Shown in pieces: positions 1-16,839 of a DNA stretch of 64,000 nucleotides. The notes below the pieces were generated by a model. That model had not been told where the DNA came from and did not search any database. It was given only the letters and a program-made list of their open reading frames with translations. The stretch comes from Macrostomum lignano. Taxonomy: Eukaryota. Made by a program: the position numbers and the translations under genes. The first letter of the stretch is position 1. Each line of letters opens with the position of its first letter. The stretch covers positions 25,478 through 89,477 of the forward strand of contig NIVC01003586.1 in NCBI GenBank assembly GCA_002269645.1, given 5' to 3'.

Positions 1-386
1 TTATATTATATTAATTAGAAATGTTATTTAAATTTAGAAGTTAAGCCTAATTTTCAATTTTCATTGTATCTATAAAGTAGATCCATATGTAATTCCTAGA
101 ACATAGATAAATTTACTAAAAAAATAGTAACAAATTACTGCTACACCTATAATTAGGAAAAAGGCATATATGCTATAAATTTTTGGTGTAGGTCTATACT
201 CAAGAATAGTGATAGATCTATTCAATAGATAGTACGTAATACTAATACTAATACTAAAAAGTATAGTGCTTTTGAAGTGAAAAGAAGGATTATAAAGCAA
301 AATCAAATTGATTTTAAAGCAAAATCAAGAAACTGTTTTACCAATCGCTTAATTGTAACATCATAGTTGTTTTTCGGTTCGCCAAA

Positions 387-743
387 GTGGGTGACTTCGT
401 TGGCCAGTTAAAATTGCATGTCCCCCATGCTCTGCGTGCTGGTGTCGTCTATCAATTCAACTGCTCTCTTGACCAGAGCGTCTCCTACGTGGGGAAAACT
501 AAAAGACACCTACACACCAGAACCAGGGAGCACTGGCTCAAACCGTCTGCTATACAAGATCACTTACTGCATTGTAGTAGCTGCTCTAACTGCAACCCAA
601 ACGAGCACTTTAAAATCATTGACCAATGTCAGTCAGACTTCAAACTTAGAATTCTTGAGGCCATGCACATAAAAGCCCAGTCACCCAGCCTAAATACACA
701 ACTCCAACATAGTGGCATGGGTCACCTACTCCGTGTCTTTTGA
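387..743 (+). CDS. GIY-YIG endonuclease domain of the PLE ORF (partial; upstream RT missing)
   Basis: VVY-x-C, YVGKT, R-x-R-x-EH, late Glu (LEAMHI) and terminal Asn (PSLN) match GIY-YIG motifs. The GTG start is not a real start. Confidence 0.85.
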   Translation: MGDFVGQLKLHVPHALRAGVVYQFNCSLDQSVSYVGKTKRHLHTRTREHWLKPSAIQDHLLHCSSCSNCNPNEHFKIIDQCQSDFKLRILEAMHIKAQSPSLNTQLQHSGMGHLLRVF

Positions 744-923
744 TGAGAGAGAGTACTGGGTGTACATTCTTTCCGCCCCTGGACTTCACTTTGCCATATG
801 GACTAACTCATGTGTTCTCCAATATTGATTTGTTCAATAATTTTTCTAATTGTTCTTGTTTACCTACAACCAACTCCACATATTTATTCGAAAAACCTGT
901 TTAATTTCGTTGTTTAAAAAATA

Positions 924-961
924 AACCTGAAGATGCACCTAGGAGTGCGAAACGCGTCGTT
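924..961 (+). ncRNA. Minimal type I hammerhead ribozyme motif in the PLE pLTR
   Basis: AAC-CTGAAGA-T-GCAC-CTAGGA-GTGC-GAAA-C-GC-GTC-GTT: core CUGANGA (927-933), 4-bp stem II, GAAA (949-952), palindromic ACGCGT stem III, GUC cleavage triplet (956-958), AAC/GTT stem I. Confidence 0.7.
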
Positions 962-2337
962 ACTTACATTATGTTGATTTGCGGATTCATTTTCCTTTTA
1001 CTAGCCAAGCAAGCTACACTACCCAATCTATACATGGTAAGTTATCAAATTGCACAAACGTAATGTCAGTTAGTATTAGTAATTGTGCTTAGAGTAGATA
1101 TAAAAGAATTGAGTTCAATTCTGAGTTTAATTCAATTCAGATACTAGATAAATATAGTATAAGCCCAAGATTAGACTGAATCTTGTCAGTAAATTAATGT
1201 ACAGCACTAATACAATTATTAATTAGATGACAAGGAATTTTTGTCACAGAAAGGTGTCATAGTTACTCTTGCATTTGGTCCATCACTACTCAAGAAATTA
1301 ACATATATGTTGGTATACAAAAAGTGATTTTCTATTTTTTGTATGACACGCATAAAATTGAAAATTACAATACTAATAACAACTATAATAGTTGTCTATA
1401 CATTATTAATAACATTTCAAATTGACAATATGAAGCTTAATAAAAGGTAATTTATTTGGCATATAATATTAGTATATTCTAAAAAATAGATTATTTTTTC
1501 TAGGGTACATTTAGAATGTTCCTAATTATAGAACTACTATATTTATATATTCAATATTAGGCCCTAGGTACTATAGTTTAATTATAATAATGCCATTGAT
1601 CAACTCCATTGCTTGCAAATACTGTCTTAAACAAGGGCTGCACTTTGCACTAGAAACCTTTTATTCTGTGAGATAATGCATATCCTTATGCTATTGTTTA
1701 TATAAAAGTAAAAGTAAGAGTTAAGCTTTTTTTTCTAAAAATATTGCAAATCTTCATCTTTTTTTAAATATTTTCTTGACTCCTTAGGAAATGATTAGTG
1801 CCAACAGCAAATCCCTAAACCTAGTGTTCTATTGCTATACCTCTGTACCTTTATAGCCATAGCCATACTAAATTTTACCATGCTATCTCTGTAGCTGTAA
1901 TTTGTTATTTTCTAGATAGTCAAATCTCCATATTCCAAAATTTCCTATAGCCATAATTTAAATCAACAAAATTAACAAAATAATTGATTTCAAAAACCAA
2001 AAAGCAAAAATTTGAAGCCAAAGCAAAAGCAATCAAGCAAACAGTGAAAACTTTCAAATTTAATGGCTTTTAAGGCCTAGTTTGGTACAATAAATATAAA
2101 TACATTTATATGCAAAAGGCAATAATGTATCTTTTTATTTAGCCAAGAATATAAAATTTAAAATGAAAAAAGGTAAATAATTTTTTGCATATAAAAAAAA
2201 ATTCAATTTAGTTTAGAAATTACATAAGGTGCTCCAAATCTATAATCCATAACTGTATCTGCCACTAAGCAAGATTTCCATAGCCACTATATAATCGAAT
2301 TGTGCTAAAAAATGCTACCCCAAATTTTCCCATAACT

Positions 2338-2457
2338 GTAGCTGCAGTTACAGTAGAGCATTACCTAAGCCAGATAGATGCCACTTTTGAGAGACTCTTT
2401 GACAAGCTGATTGAGCACTATTAACAGTGCATCTTCATGAATGGTGAATATCTGTGA
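2338..2457 (+). pseudogene. Possible decayed mariner/Tc1 transposase C-terminus
   Basis: VAAVTVEHYLSQIDATFERLFDKLIEHY*QCIFMNGEYL* resembles the mariner end motif KL..RW.KC...G.Y. No catalytic motifs recovered in frame upstream. Confidence 0.35.
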
Positions 2458-2657
2458 TGACAGCAACAGCAATGGGGAATATTTTGGGCAAAAATTGTTT
2501 TAATATAATATTTGAACTTAACCATTGAAATTGCATAAAACTAACACTACCCTTTCCTAAAGACTTAGTTATAGTTGTATCTAAACTTCCAGCTTCCTTG
2601 AGCATTTGTGTAAAAAATGGTGACCTCTGTCCTGAAAAACTTTTGAGACAACCTCTG

Positions 2658-3252
2658 GTATTGCTTTTGACGCTCTAACATTCTGACACTCTGACATTCA
2701 AAATAAGACTGCATAGGATCGCAAGCAAGGCCAGGCTAGCCACGGCCAGAGCAAGCCCAGTCTTGGCTGCAGGGATGGCTTGGCCATAGACTAAAAAATG
2801 GAATATCAAAATGAGAATAAGACGCTCAATATGAGACCGGGAGTGAACGTAATTTATTTGCTTTTTGGCAGTCACCATACAAACAGCTAAGGAGAAATTA
2901 GGCAATAAACAAGAAGCAGAATAGCATATCGAAATGTTTAGTCCATCACTGAAGTCAGCCTGGCGGACTGCGTTAGAAGGCCATTCGATTTAAGGACATG
3001 CCAAAGTGCCTCTGACAGTGGAGTCCCAACTGAGGGTCAGAGGGTTAGAGCGATGTCTGAAGGCTTTCACACTCAGTTTCGTATTGAGCGTCTTATTCTC
3101 ATTTTGATATTCCATTTTTTAGTCTATGGCCAAGCCATCCCTGCAGCCAAGACTGGGCATGCTCTGGCCGTGGCTAGCCTGGCCTTGCTTGCGATCCTAT
3201 GCAGTCTTATTTTGAATGTCTAAAGTCTTATCTAGAGCGTCAAAAGCGATAC
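2658..3252. mobile_element. Non-autonomous foldback/MITE with ~190-bp terminal inverted repeats
   Basis: 2658-~2848 is the reverse complement of ~3066-3252 (ends GTATTGCTTTTG / CAAAAGCGATAC). The ~135-bp core has one mismatch by eye. No TSD found. Confidence 0.85.
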
Positions 3253-3457
3253 TTTGGCTCTAACTATTGTATTTCATAGTATAATTAATTTGTTGAAGTA
3301 TGTAAATGCTTAGGTTTTTAGCAAGTTTTGCATATATGATGATAGTAAACATTCAAATAAGGGTAAAACCAGGCCTGATCTTGTTCATGCTTAAAAAGCA
3401 AACAAATTGAATTGCAACTCCAGTAATATTTGACTGCCTAGTTGGAACCTGCCAACC

Positions 3458-5029
3458 ATGACGGACGCATTCACACTGTGGAGTCTGTTCAAGGATTCCA
3501 CCACGCTGCAGGCCGTGCTGGGCTCGCTCATCGGCTTTCTAGTGATGCACCTGTTCCAGCAGCGCAGGACCGCCGTGCCGAACATGCCCATGGACGAGAG
3601 GCTCATGCCAGGGTACAGGGGCGGCCTGTCCGCTGCTACAATGCCCAGCGATCTACCATTTAGCATGGGCTCAAAGTCGCAGAAGACAAAGAATTCTAAG
3701 CAACCCGAGAAGCAGAAGCAGAAAAGTCAGCAAGCCGACCAGAAGGCTACGCAGAAGCGGACAGCCGAGCTGGAGCGCAAATTGTTTGAGATGCTGGTCG
3801 AAGAGGATGATAGCGAGGACTCCGACGAGCAGCGGGGGGAAGGCAGAATGCCAGCGCGGAAGCAGCAGCAGCAACAGCAGAAGCAGAAATCAAAGCCAGC
3901 AGCGACTTTAAAACAAGCGCCGCAAAGCGAGCTCAGGCGTCGGCGAGGCCGCCCCCCGGTTGTGGATGAATCAGTCGATCCGGAAGAAGATGACGACGAA
4001 GATGAAGAAGAAGCTGGGGAATCTGAAGACAAGACAGACAAAGACAGTTCGGAGCAGTCAGCTGGTGAGGAGGCGGAACTCAGCCTGGTGCCGTATTCCA
4101 ATGTCGCCTATTCCGAAGCCGAGATGTTGAAACGGGCGACCGACTTTGCCAACTTGCTGAGCCGCAGACGCTCGTGCCGCCAGTTCAGTGAGCGGCCGGT
4201 GGACCCCGAAGTGGTGCGGCTGCTGGTCACAGCGGCCGGCTCCTCGCCCAGCGGCGCCCACACCGAGCCCTGGACCTACGTGTGCGTCACTAACGAGCTG
4301 ATGAAGCGGCGCATCCGGGAGATTGTGGAAGAGGAAGAGGAGATTAACTACGCCAGAAGGATGAGCGCAGAGTGGAAGGCGGACTTGGCTAAACTGCGGA
4401 CTAGCTGGGAGAAGCCGTATCTTACTGAGGCTCCGGTTATTGTTGTGCTTATGCGACAGGTACGCAAGTTAGTGCTCGATGCACTTTTTTGTGTGATGGT
4501 TGCCTTGCTACTAACGAGTAGCAAGAAAAGGATGCGAATCAAATTTCTTACAGAGCAATAAAAAACACTAAAATGTGGGTTTAACCTCTTTTTGGACAAA
4601 ATTAGAAGTCTGTATGTACATTGATTCTTTTCAATCTGAACTCAGACGTGAGAGAGGTAGCTCAGCCACTGCAGAACTGAGAGATAGCAGCCCACTGAAA
4701 GATAAATATTGGATAGCCCATAACCACCTTGAAATGCAATTGGACAGGTGCACGGCTGGCGCAGCGGTCGGGAGGAGAAGCGACAGCACTATTACTCGGA
4801 AATCTCGGTTAGCATCTCAGCCGGATTATTCCTGGCCGCTGTGCAGAATGTCGGCCTGTGCACTTTAACCAGCACGCCGATGAACGCCGGGCCAGCGCTT
4901 CGCCGACTGCTCGGCCGGCCGCCCAACGAGAAGGTGCACCTGCTTCTGCCGCTTGGCTACGCGGCCCACAATGCCCAGGTGCCTAATCTGACTCGCAAGC
5001 CGGTGGAAAAAATCATGGTTAATATATAA
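3458..5029 (+). CDS. IYD: Iodotyrosine deiodinase (nitroreductase superfamily, FMN-dependent); exons 3458-4459 and 4748-5029, 427 aa
   Basis: Motifs RRRSCRQFS, SPSGAHTEPW, EEEEEINY, WKADL, KPYLTEAP, then after a phase-0 GT(4460)-AG(4747) intron VHG..HYYSEISVSI, TSTPMN, LLGRP.NEK, LPLGY, VPNLTRKP. N-terminal hydrophobic anchor present. Confidence 0.95.
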
Positions 5030-5279
5030 TGACCTTGTCAGACTACTGGGCCACTCCATTTTTAAGTAGCTAGATTTGAGTTTTAAATGAGCAGCTTCTG
5101 ATTAATCATTTTTCGCAATTTTGCTGCGTTTCATTACTCAGAATATCACATTTTGTAATTTTCTTTGATCATTATAATGCTTTTATAACGTGCTGCTTGG
5201 GCCTCCACTTAATGAGGCCACCACCAGCACCTTGGCGCACCCTGGCGCACTTTAAGCGACACTGTCACACAACCGGCGA

Positions 5280-5341
5280 GTGGCACATAGGCGCGCGGGT
5301 ACGTACGCACAGGCACAGGAGTGTACAGCGGCCCTAACTTT
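5280..5341 (+). repeat. Dispersed repeat fragment, copy 1 (copy 2 at ~36227-36305)
   Basis: Shared GGCACA.A.GCGCGCGG.TACGTA...CGCACAGGCAC...AGGAGTGTACAGCGGC.CTAACTTT. Confidence 0.65.
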
Positions 5342-6858
5342 CCACTCTGCTACGGCCCCTGTCCGCTGCCGCTTATTAATTAGTTATAAGTTTTACTGCT
5401 TTATCCTTAATAGCTTACACATTAGTTAATGCGAGCTATACTTATGTCATATTTTATTGTGACAATGTGCTATCCATTCCATGCACGTACATACGCATGC
5501 TATTCACTTGTGCTGATGCTAAATACACTAAGCAGGTATTCATCTAAAATCATGGAAATGCAGTGGAAGGGGCGCTAAACTCGATTTTCCTAGAAAAGAT
5601 CTGGAAAAGAAGAGAAATCGTTTTTTCTCAACCGAAATTGTCTATGGCAAAACCTCTTTCAGCGCTGTGCGGTACTACAAATAAAGGTTCCTTGACTGCT
5701 TTCAGCTTATTTCTAAGAAATCAAACGTAGCGTTCTTCCACTTGGCTTGTCTATGCGCAAAACAAGTAAATAATGAAGCAGTTAAAGTTTTTTAATTAGT
5801 TATTTTAATTATTTCATAGTAAGAAGTAGCTTTAAATTATAAAAGCAAAAAATCTTTACACGCTGTTAAGTTGCACCAGCAGATATATTTCTGCTTCTCT
5901 ATATGAACAAGCAGCAATAAAATTAGAGAATTTCATTTCTATTCTCGCAGAAATATTTATAAAAAGACAGTCTTTACAGGTAAATATAGAGAGCGAAGTC
6001 GAGCAAAAGCAAAAGAACTTCATCTCAGTTCTTTGTTGAAAATATAAACTGCTACAAGCAAAGAATATAATACTTTTATTATGATGATGGAGCATTTTAT
6101 ACAAAGAATCCTTAAAAGACGCGACAGGGGAAATACAGACGGGCCAACGCTCGATGCGGGCGAATCATCGGTGAATCTGAAGTTTATAATTTTATAATAA
6201 TAAAGCACCTGGTGCTTAAGCTCGTCTAATCTAAATAATCTAGAAACAAAGGACATGCAGAGTAAGCGATTCGAAAATGATGAGTTTAATTTTGAATTAA
6301 AGCACACTAATCAATAGCAAGATGAGCTGGCAGCTTCTTAGTAGTTCTGTCAGTTTATAAGTTAATCATTAGGGCCATCAAGATAAGAATTCCCACTCCA
6401 AGCTGCAGTCTCCCACAGACTGCAAGCCAAACACAATCAAGTAAAGAATTGCTATTCGCGCATGGTGACCAAAGATCATCTATCCACAAGATGGGATAAG
6501 TGTCCTAAAAAATCCCCGTAAAAATTTGTCAGCTCAATATGACAAAAAAGCTTTAACTATGCGAGACAATGGCATTAGTATTAATGAGACTGACAGACAA
6601 AAGCACTGGCGATTGTACAAAGCAATGGTTGGCAGGTAGGTATTCGGTGTTAAAGTCGCAGACAAATCTAGATAGCCAAAATTAGAAAACCGATTCTCTC
6701 TCTATATTGCACTTTTTTCAAGTACATTTTCGTTTTTTTACCTCTACGAGCGAAGTTGGCGGTCTAAAGGGTGCTTACCAGTAACTCACCCTGCGCGAGA
6801 AAGATTAGGGGAGGTGGGTGTTCATATGACCTCTGGGAAACTGCAAAAGCATTCAGCC

Positions 6859-8968
6859 TCAATCCAGGACTAGACTGACCAGCAGGCCGTAGTGATCAGA
6901 AGTGTGCATCTGCAGGCCTGGCGGCCTGTCCCGCCCGCACAGCTCGAACCTATCAACTGTCATGCCGCGCACTAGCAGGCGATCGGGCCGGTAACTGGAC
7001 CGCATCAAACGGCCAATACAGCGCCGGCCGCAACGCCGGCCAGCGTTCACATTTTTAGCTGCGTCCCACGTGTACTTTTCACCTTTGGGCCGGCCGCTGG
7101 CCTCCCACGCGTCCGAGACCGTATCGGGCAGGCCGCCCGCCGATTTCAGCTCGTCGCTGCACATTATATTGAAATCGCCGCCTGTTTGTTTTATTGAATC
7201 GGATGGTTTTGTTATAGCGGAATGGCGAACAGATTCTGATTTGAACATAATTAGAACATAAAGTTTATCAGCTAAGCTGGTCATTCATTTATTTTTGTCA
7301 TTTTATTATTATTGGGATTCTTCGGACTAATTAAGACTTTTATCAATCGTCAAAGTTAAGTACTCTGTAAACATTGAGTCTGCAAGAAGTCTACAGACAG
7401 AATCCTATTTACCTGAGATCTCAGCAATTCCACTCAAGCCTCGACACCTCAGCAATTCCCCCAAGCCTTGACATCTCAGCAATTCCACTCAAGCCTTGAC
7501 ATCTCAGCAATTCCACTCAAGCCTTGACATCTCAGCAATTCCACTCAAGCCTTGACATCTCAGCAATTCCACTCAAGCCTTGACATTTAAGCAATTCCAC
7601 TCAAGCCTCGACACCTCAGCAATTCCCCCAAGCCTTGACACCTCAGCAATTCCCCCAAGCCTTGACATCTCAGCAATTCCCCCAACCCTTGACATTATAG
7701 CAATTCCCTCTGTAAGCCTTGAAATTATTATAGCAATTCCCCCTGTAAGCCTTGACATTATAGCAACTCCCCCTGTAAGCCTTGACATTATAGCTATTCC
7801 CCCTGTAAGCCTTGACATTATTATAGCAATTCCCCCTGTAAGCCTTGACATTATTATAGCAATTCCCTCTGTAAGCCTTGACATTATTATAGCAATTCCC
7901 CCTGTAAGCCTTGACATTATAGCAACTCCCCCTGTAAGCCTTGACATTATAGCAATTTCCCCTGTAAGCCTTGACATTATAGCAATTTCCCCTGTAAGCC
8001 TTGACATTATAGCAATTTCCCCTGTAAGCCTTGACATTATAGCAATTTCCCCTGTAAGCCTTGACATTATAGCAATTCCCTCTGTAAGCCTTGACATTAT
8101 AGCAATTCCCCCTGTAAGCCTTGACATTATTATAGCAATTCCCCCTGTAAGCCTTGACATTATTATACCAATTCCCCCTGTAAGCCTTGACATTATTATA
8201 CCAATTCCCCCTGTAAGCCTTGACATTATTATACCAATTCCCCCTGTAAGCCTTGACATTAAAGCAATTCCCTCTGTGAGCCCTGACATTATTATAGCAA
8301 TTCCCCCTGTAAGCCTTGACATTATTATAGCAATTCCCCCTGTAAGCCTTGACATTATTATAGCAATTCCCCCTGTAAGCCTTGACATTATAGCAATTCC
8401 CCCTGTAAGCCTTGACATTATTATAGCAATTCCCCCTGTAAGCCTTCACATAGAAATACGTAGGCTATGCTGCTCTTAAAAAGTTTCTTAGAAATCGGAG
8501 AGAACTTTTGAATTGTTTGCGCTCACCAAGCAGGGAGCGGGTCGCGGCAGACGAGGTCATGGCGCGCAGACAGGTGACCAGCTGGGCGCGCCGTTCGGCA
8601 GTCTGAGAAGCGCCAGATTCCAAATGACAGTTGAACAGCCGGGCCTGCTTGTCGCCAAGCTGCACATTGCAGGCCAGCAGACAGCGGCCCATTTTAGAAT
8701 TGTCTAACGGCAGGACCCGACAGTCCAGGCACTGCACAGAATCTTTGATCAGGGTGGCCACAAAATAATGGTCTGTGTGACCGCCCGGCAGCAGGCGATA
8801 GTTGCTTAGCCGCTGAAGCAGCTGGTCAAAGCTGGCGGGCACGACCTCCTGAAGCAGGGCCACGTGAACATCGTGCGCCAGGATGCAGTTGGCCACAGAT
8901 TCTGTGCGCACTGCCAGCTGCTCCGAGTTGAGCCCCTCAGTGTTCCACAACAGCACGCGTAGTGTCAT
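6859..8968 (-). CDS. TDP2: Tyrosyl-DNA phosphodiesterase 2 (EEP family); exons 8968-8527 and 7181-6859, possibly with an unseen upstream exon
   Basis: LWNTEG, LLQEV, MGRCLL, CHLES, AERRAQL. Splicing GTGAG(8526) to AG(7182) rebuilds LLGGDFN. Exon 2 has GGLP..VSDAWE..G.P, YTWD, PDR, SDHYGL. Confidence 0.93.
7410..8446. repeat. Minisatellite, 27-33-bp unit (GCCTTGACAT[CTC/TAT]AGCAATTCCCC..), in the TDP2 intron
   Basis: Direct tandem units. A 27-28-bp subtype (7410-7690) grades into a 30/33-bp subtype. Confidence 0.95.
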
Positions 8969-10314
8969 CGCACCTGCGCCGGCTAAATTGAGTGATGACA
9001 AAACGTCTAGCAGAAGTTACAGTGCTCTACTATTTACACTTCAGTATGTATCCAAATAAATGCTTACCTATATTATCCATTGGCGTTTTCAAAATGCCAG
9101 AACCGAAAATTCCAAATCTGAAATGGTTTCAATTATAGCTTTTCTAATATGCAAATATGCTGCATAAAGCTGAAAAACCTGTGCACTGGTAGATCTTGAT
9201 TAGGCACAGATTGAGAAACTGTTTGATGGAGGCCAAGCTTAAACTAAACACAGCCCTTCAAAAATCAAATCCTTTCCAAAATTTGAAAAAAAACTTTAAA
9301 TCTGGCACTGTCTGTGATTGTCTGATATAACTGTCTAAATAAGTTATATAGCCAGTGCTACTATATAGGCTACATTTTAAATGTGGCTGTTTTGGGACAA
9401 TCCATATTTCTACATTTATACCATTTCTTTATCATTTATATAGACTTTGTATTGTATTGTATAAAAGCTAGTGCTAGTGTTTTGCATTTTTTATCTAAAA
9501 TTTAATTAAAAAATTCATTGAAAATAAATTTTGAGAAATACAATAGATTTTTAGAAAAATATAAATAAGCAAAAATAAATAGTGCTAGCAATTGTTTTGA
9601 CATGTTTTGTTTAAACTACTAAATTATGTGGCATTACCACATTGAAATAACAAAAAATTGTACTTTAAATATTAGCTGGCAAATAATGGATTAATGGTTC
9701 AACAATTATCTTTCTATTATATATAGTAGAGAATAAATATAGTAATGCAATATACTCTAATATAAATTTTAGCAAAATTAAAATTCAACTACATTTAGGC
9801 CTATAATCTTGTAGCTTCATTGTCTATAAAAAATTCAAAGTTATCCTTAGTAAAACTAAATGGCCCATAACTAGCAATGTAGCCTTTAGCTTAGCTGGCT
9901 TTAGAGCAATTGAAAATTATACAAAGAGGAAAGAATAAAGAAAAAGTGATAGTCATTTACCATTTAAAAACTTTTTCCAATAAGGCTAATCCATGCTAGA
10001 CGCTATCTGCAATAATGGCTATTGGCTGCAATAGGGCTATGGAACATGACAATATTCCTAGATAACTAGGTTATATCTCTATACAATGATTTGAACTATC
10101 AGTTAGCATAGACAATAGAAACTTAATTTGGTTAAGATTTTTATATGCACTACATAGTAGTATGTGCTCAATTCTTTTAGCATGTACCATTATTAGAATC
10201 ACTATGCTTTATAGTTGCATTAAAACATGATATATATACATATATGCACAATACCTAACTGACCTAGCTAGCTCGTAATCTTGCTATCTGACAAGGGGCC
10301 CAGACAATTGACAA

Positions 10315-10530
10315 AGTAAGTGATTAAAATGCCCACCTGAAAAAATAGATAGTACTAATTAGATGATAAAGCATTTAACTTTAATAATAGTCATAGTTTT
10401 TTTATCATTTATCCTAATGACAAATGTAATGTTATTTTTGCTTAGGTTTCTTTTATAGGTAAATCACAATTTGGTCAAAAAATAAGTTGCACAACCAGTG
10501 TAAATCAGGGGGTCATATATATATGCATGA
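10315..10530 (+). repeat. Old dispersed repeat, copy A (AT-shifted)
   Basis: Aligns to 16840-17052 via TACTAATTAGATGA, TTAGGTTT..AGGTAA and CCAGTGTAAATCAGGGGG. Confidence 0.8.
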
Positions 10531-10672
10531 ATATATTTCCAATTTCAAAATTTTACTTAGTTAATAATTATGACTTACTTACTTACTACTACTTACTACT
10601 GACGGGGGGCGCAGGCGCCGCGAATAGGCCGCGAGGCCCCTATCGCAACCCCAAGGTAAAAGAGCACAAGGA

Positions 10673-15552
<4,880 letters not shown>

Positions 15553-16839
15553 TTATCCCAGGATTGCTCCCAGGCGAGGCTCCGGCAGGCCCCCGGTCCA
15601 CACTCTGCAAGATCAGGGGGCGGGAGGCCGGCTGCGGGCTTGGGACACAGGCGCCAGGTCGAGTTGACAGCCGACGCCCGAGCCCTCCCCCACAAGAGCG
15701 GCCCTCGAGAACCCGTGTGGTACCAGTTGCAACTAAGGGCTGTCGATGGGTAGTTGGCGCTTAGCCAGCAGCCAACTACTTAGCAGCCACCTGCCCCGCA
15801 AAAAAGCAGCAGGGGGGATCCGTCCCCCACCAGCAGACCAAGACGAGGAAGCTAGCCGCTTCCACGCCAGGCCAGAACGAAAAGGAGGGGGAAGAGCCTC
15901 CTCGAAAAACGAAAAGCTGGCGGATGTCACAGAGTCCCTCGGTTTAAGTTGCCGTTTGCCCCCCATAATTATGACTTAGTTTTTTCCCCAAAAATTGCAT
16001 ATTACTTTGCTTGCCTCCAGTTGCAACTTAAGTTCATCTAGTTGCAACTTAGTTGCTTCTAGTTGTGATATAGTCTTTTTGTTTTTCTTTTCTTTTTTTG
16101 ATTTTTCTTCTTTCCTCTTCTTTTTTATTTTTTTCTACTTTTTTTCTTTCTTCCTCTCTTTTCGTCTATTTCCTCTATTCCTCTATTTCCTCTATAAGTG
16201 GACAAAAGGCATCCAACCTTCCATTGTAATTTTGTAACTTTTTGGTATTGCATTATAGTTTTGGATAAATGGCAAGAGTAACTAACTGTCTCATTAAGAC
16301 TAAATGACTAATCAGCTAATTAGTACTATACCTATATTACTATGTTAACATGTTCTATGTTGCATCTTTTAGATAGGCCTACTTAATTTTTAGCTTTAAT
16401 ATAATTTATAATATTATTTAGGTCAAATAGAAATAATTTTATATAATAAAATACTACATGGGAGAATAGCAATTTGTTATTTTTTATTAGTAAACAGTGC
16501 AATCTGTTTAAATAAACATTTATTGTTAGCATATTGTGACTATACTTCTTAGAACATGATTCACCTGTTCTTCACACTGTAGCCTATTTATTGTATATAT
16601 TCTTAATTTAAAGAAGTACACAAAAAAATAAATGCACAAAAATATATAAGCTTCTCTTGAAATGAACTGCAAATTTTATTTCTACAACTACAAGGTTCAA
16701 TCAAGCACACTACTCAAACAAACTTGCTGTCTGTGTCTAACCTTACCACACCCTACCCTACCCTCTTCCGCATAATACCATTGACCATAAATGCGCAACT
16801 GCTGGCCGATCTGGCCACCGTAAATTGTGGTGGACCAGG

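Larger units (their letters stand above)
333..1010 (+). mobile_element. 5'-truncated Penelope-like element (PLE): RT-EN linker remnant, GIY-YIG endonuclease and 3' pseudo-LTR region
   Basis: Frame from 333 reads LFYQSLNCNIIVVFRFAKVGDF...VVYQFNC...SYVGKTKRHLHTRTREH...LEAMHIK..PSLN, a typical PLE C-terminal GIY-YIG domain. It is followed by a T-rich tail with a hammerhead motif. Boundaries approximate. Confidence 0.85.

Noticed and set aside
70-306. Hydrophobic AT-rich ORF resembling a mitochondrial membrane gene (NUMT)
   Set aside because: No recognisable ND/COX/ATP motif. Hydrophobic I/F/Y/L content is expected from any AT-rich frame.
1260-1430. Frame reading CHSYSCIWSITTQEINIYVG, vaguely LamG/pentraxin-like
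   Set aside because: Short, no splice support, flanked by stops. The similarity could be chance.
4575-4868. ORF overlapping the IYD intron and exon 2
   Set aside because: Off-frame shadow. The IYD frame is explained by the 4460-4747 intron.
7573-8479. Three 260-300-aa repetitive ORFs
   Set aside because: Translations of an intronic minisatellite, open on both strands and in several frames.
15840-15964. Possible HDV-like ribozyme at the LINE 5' end (starts GGGGGGC)
   Set aside because: I could not build P1/P1.1/P3 in the required order by hand. An RNArobo or Infernal search would be needed.
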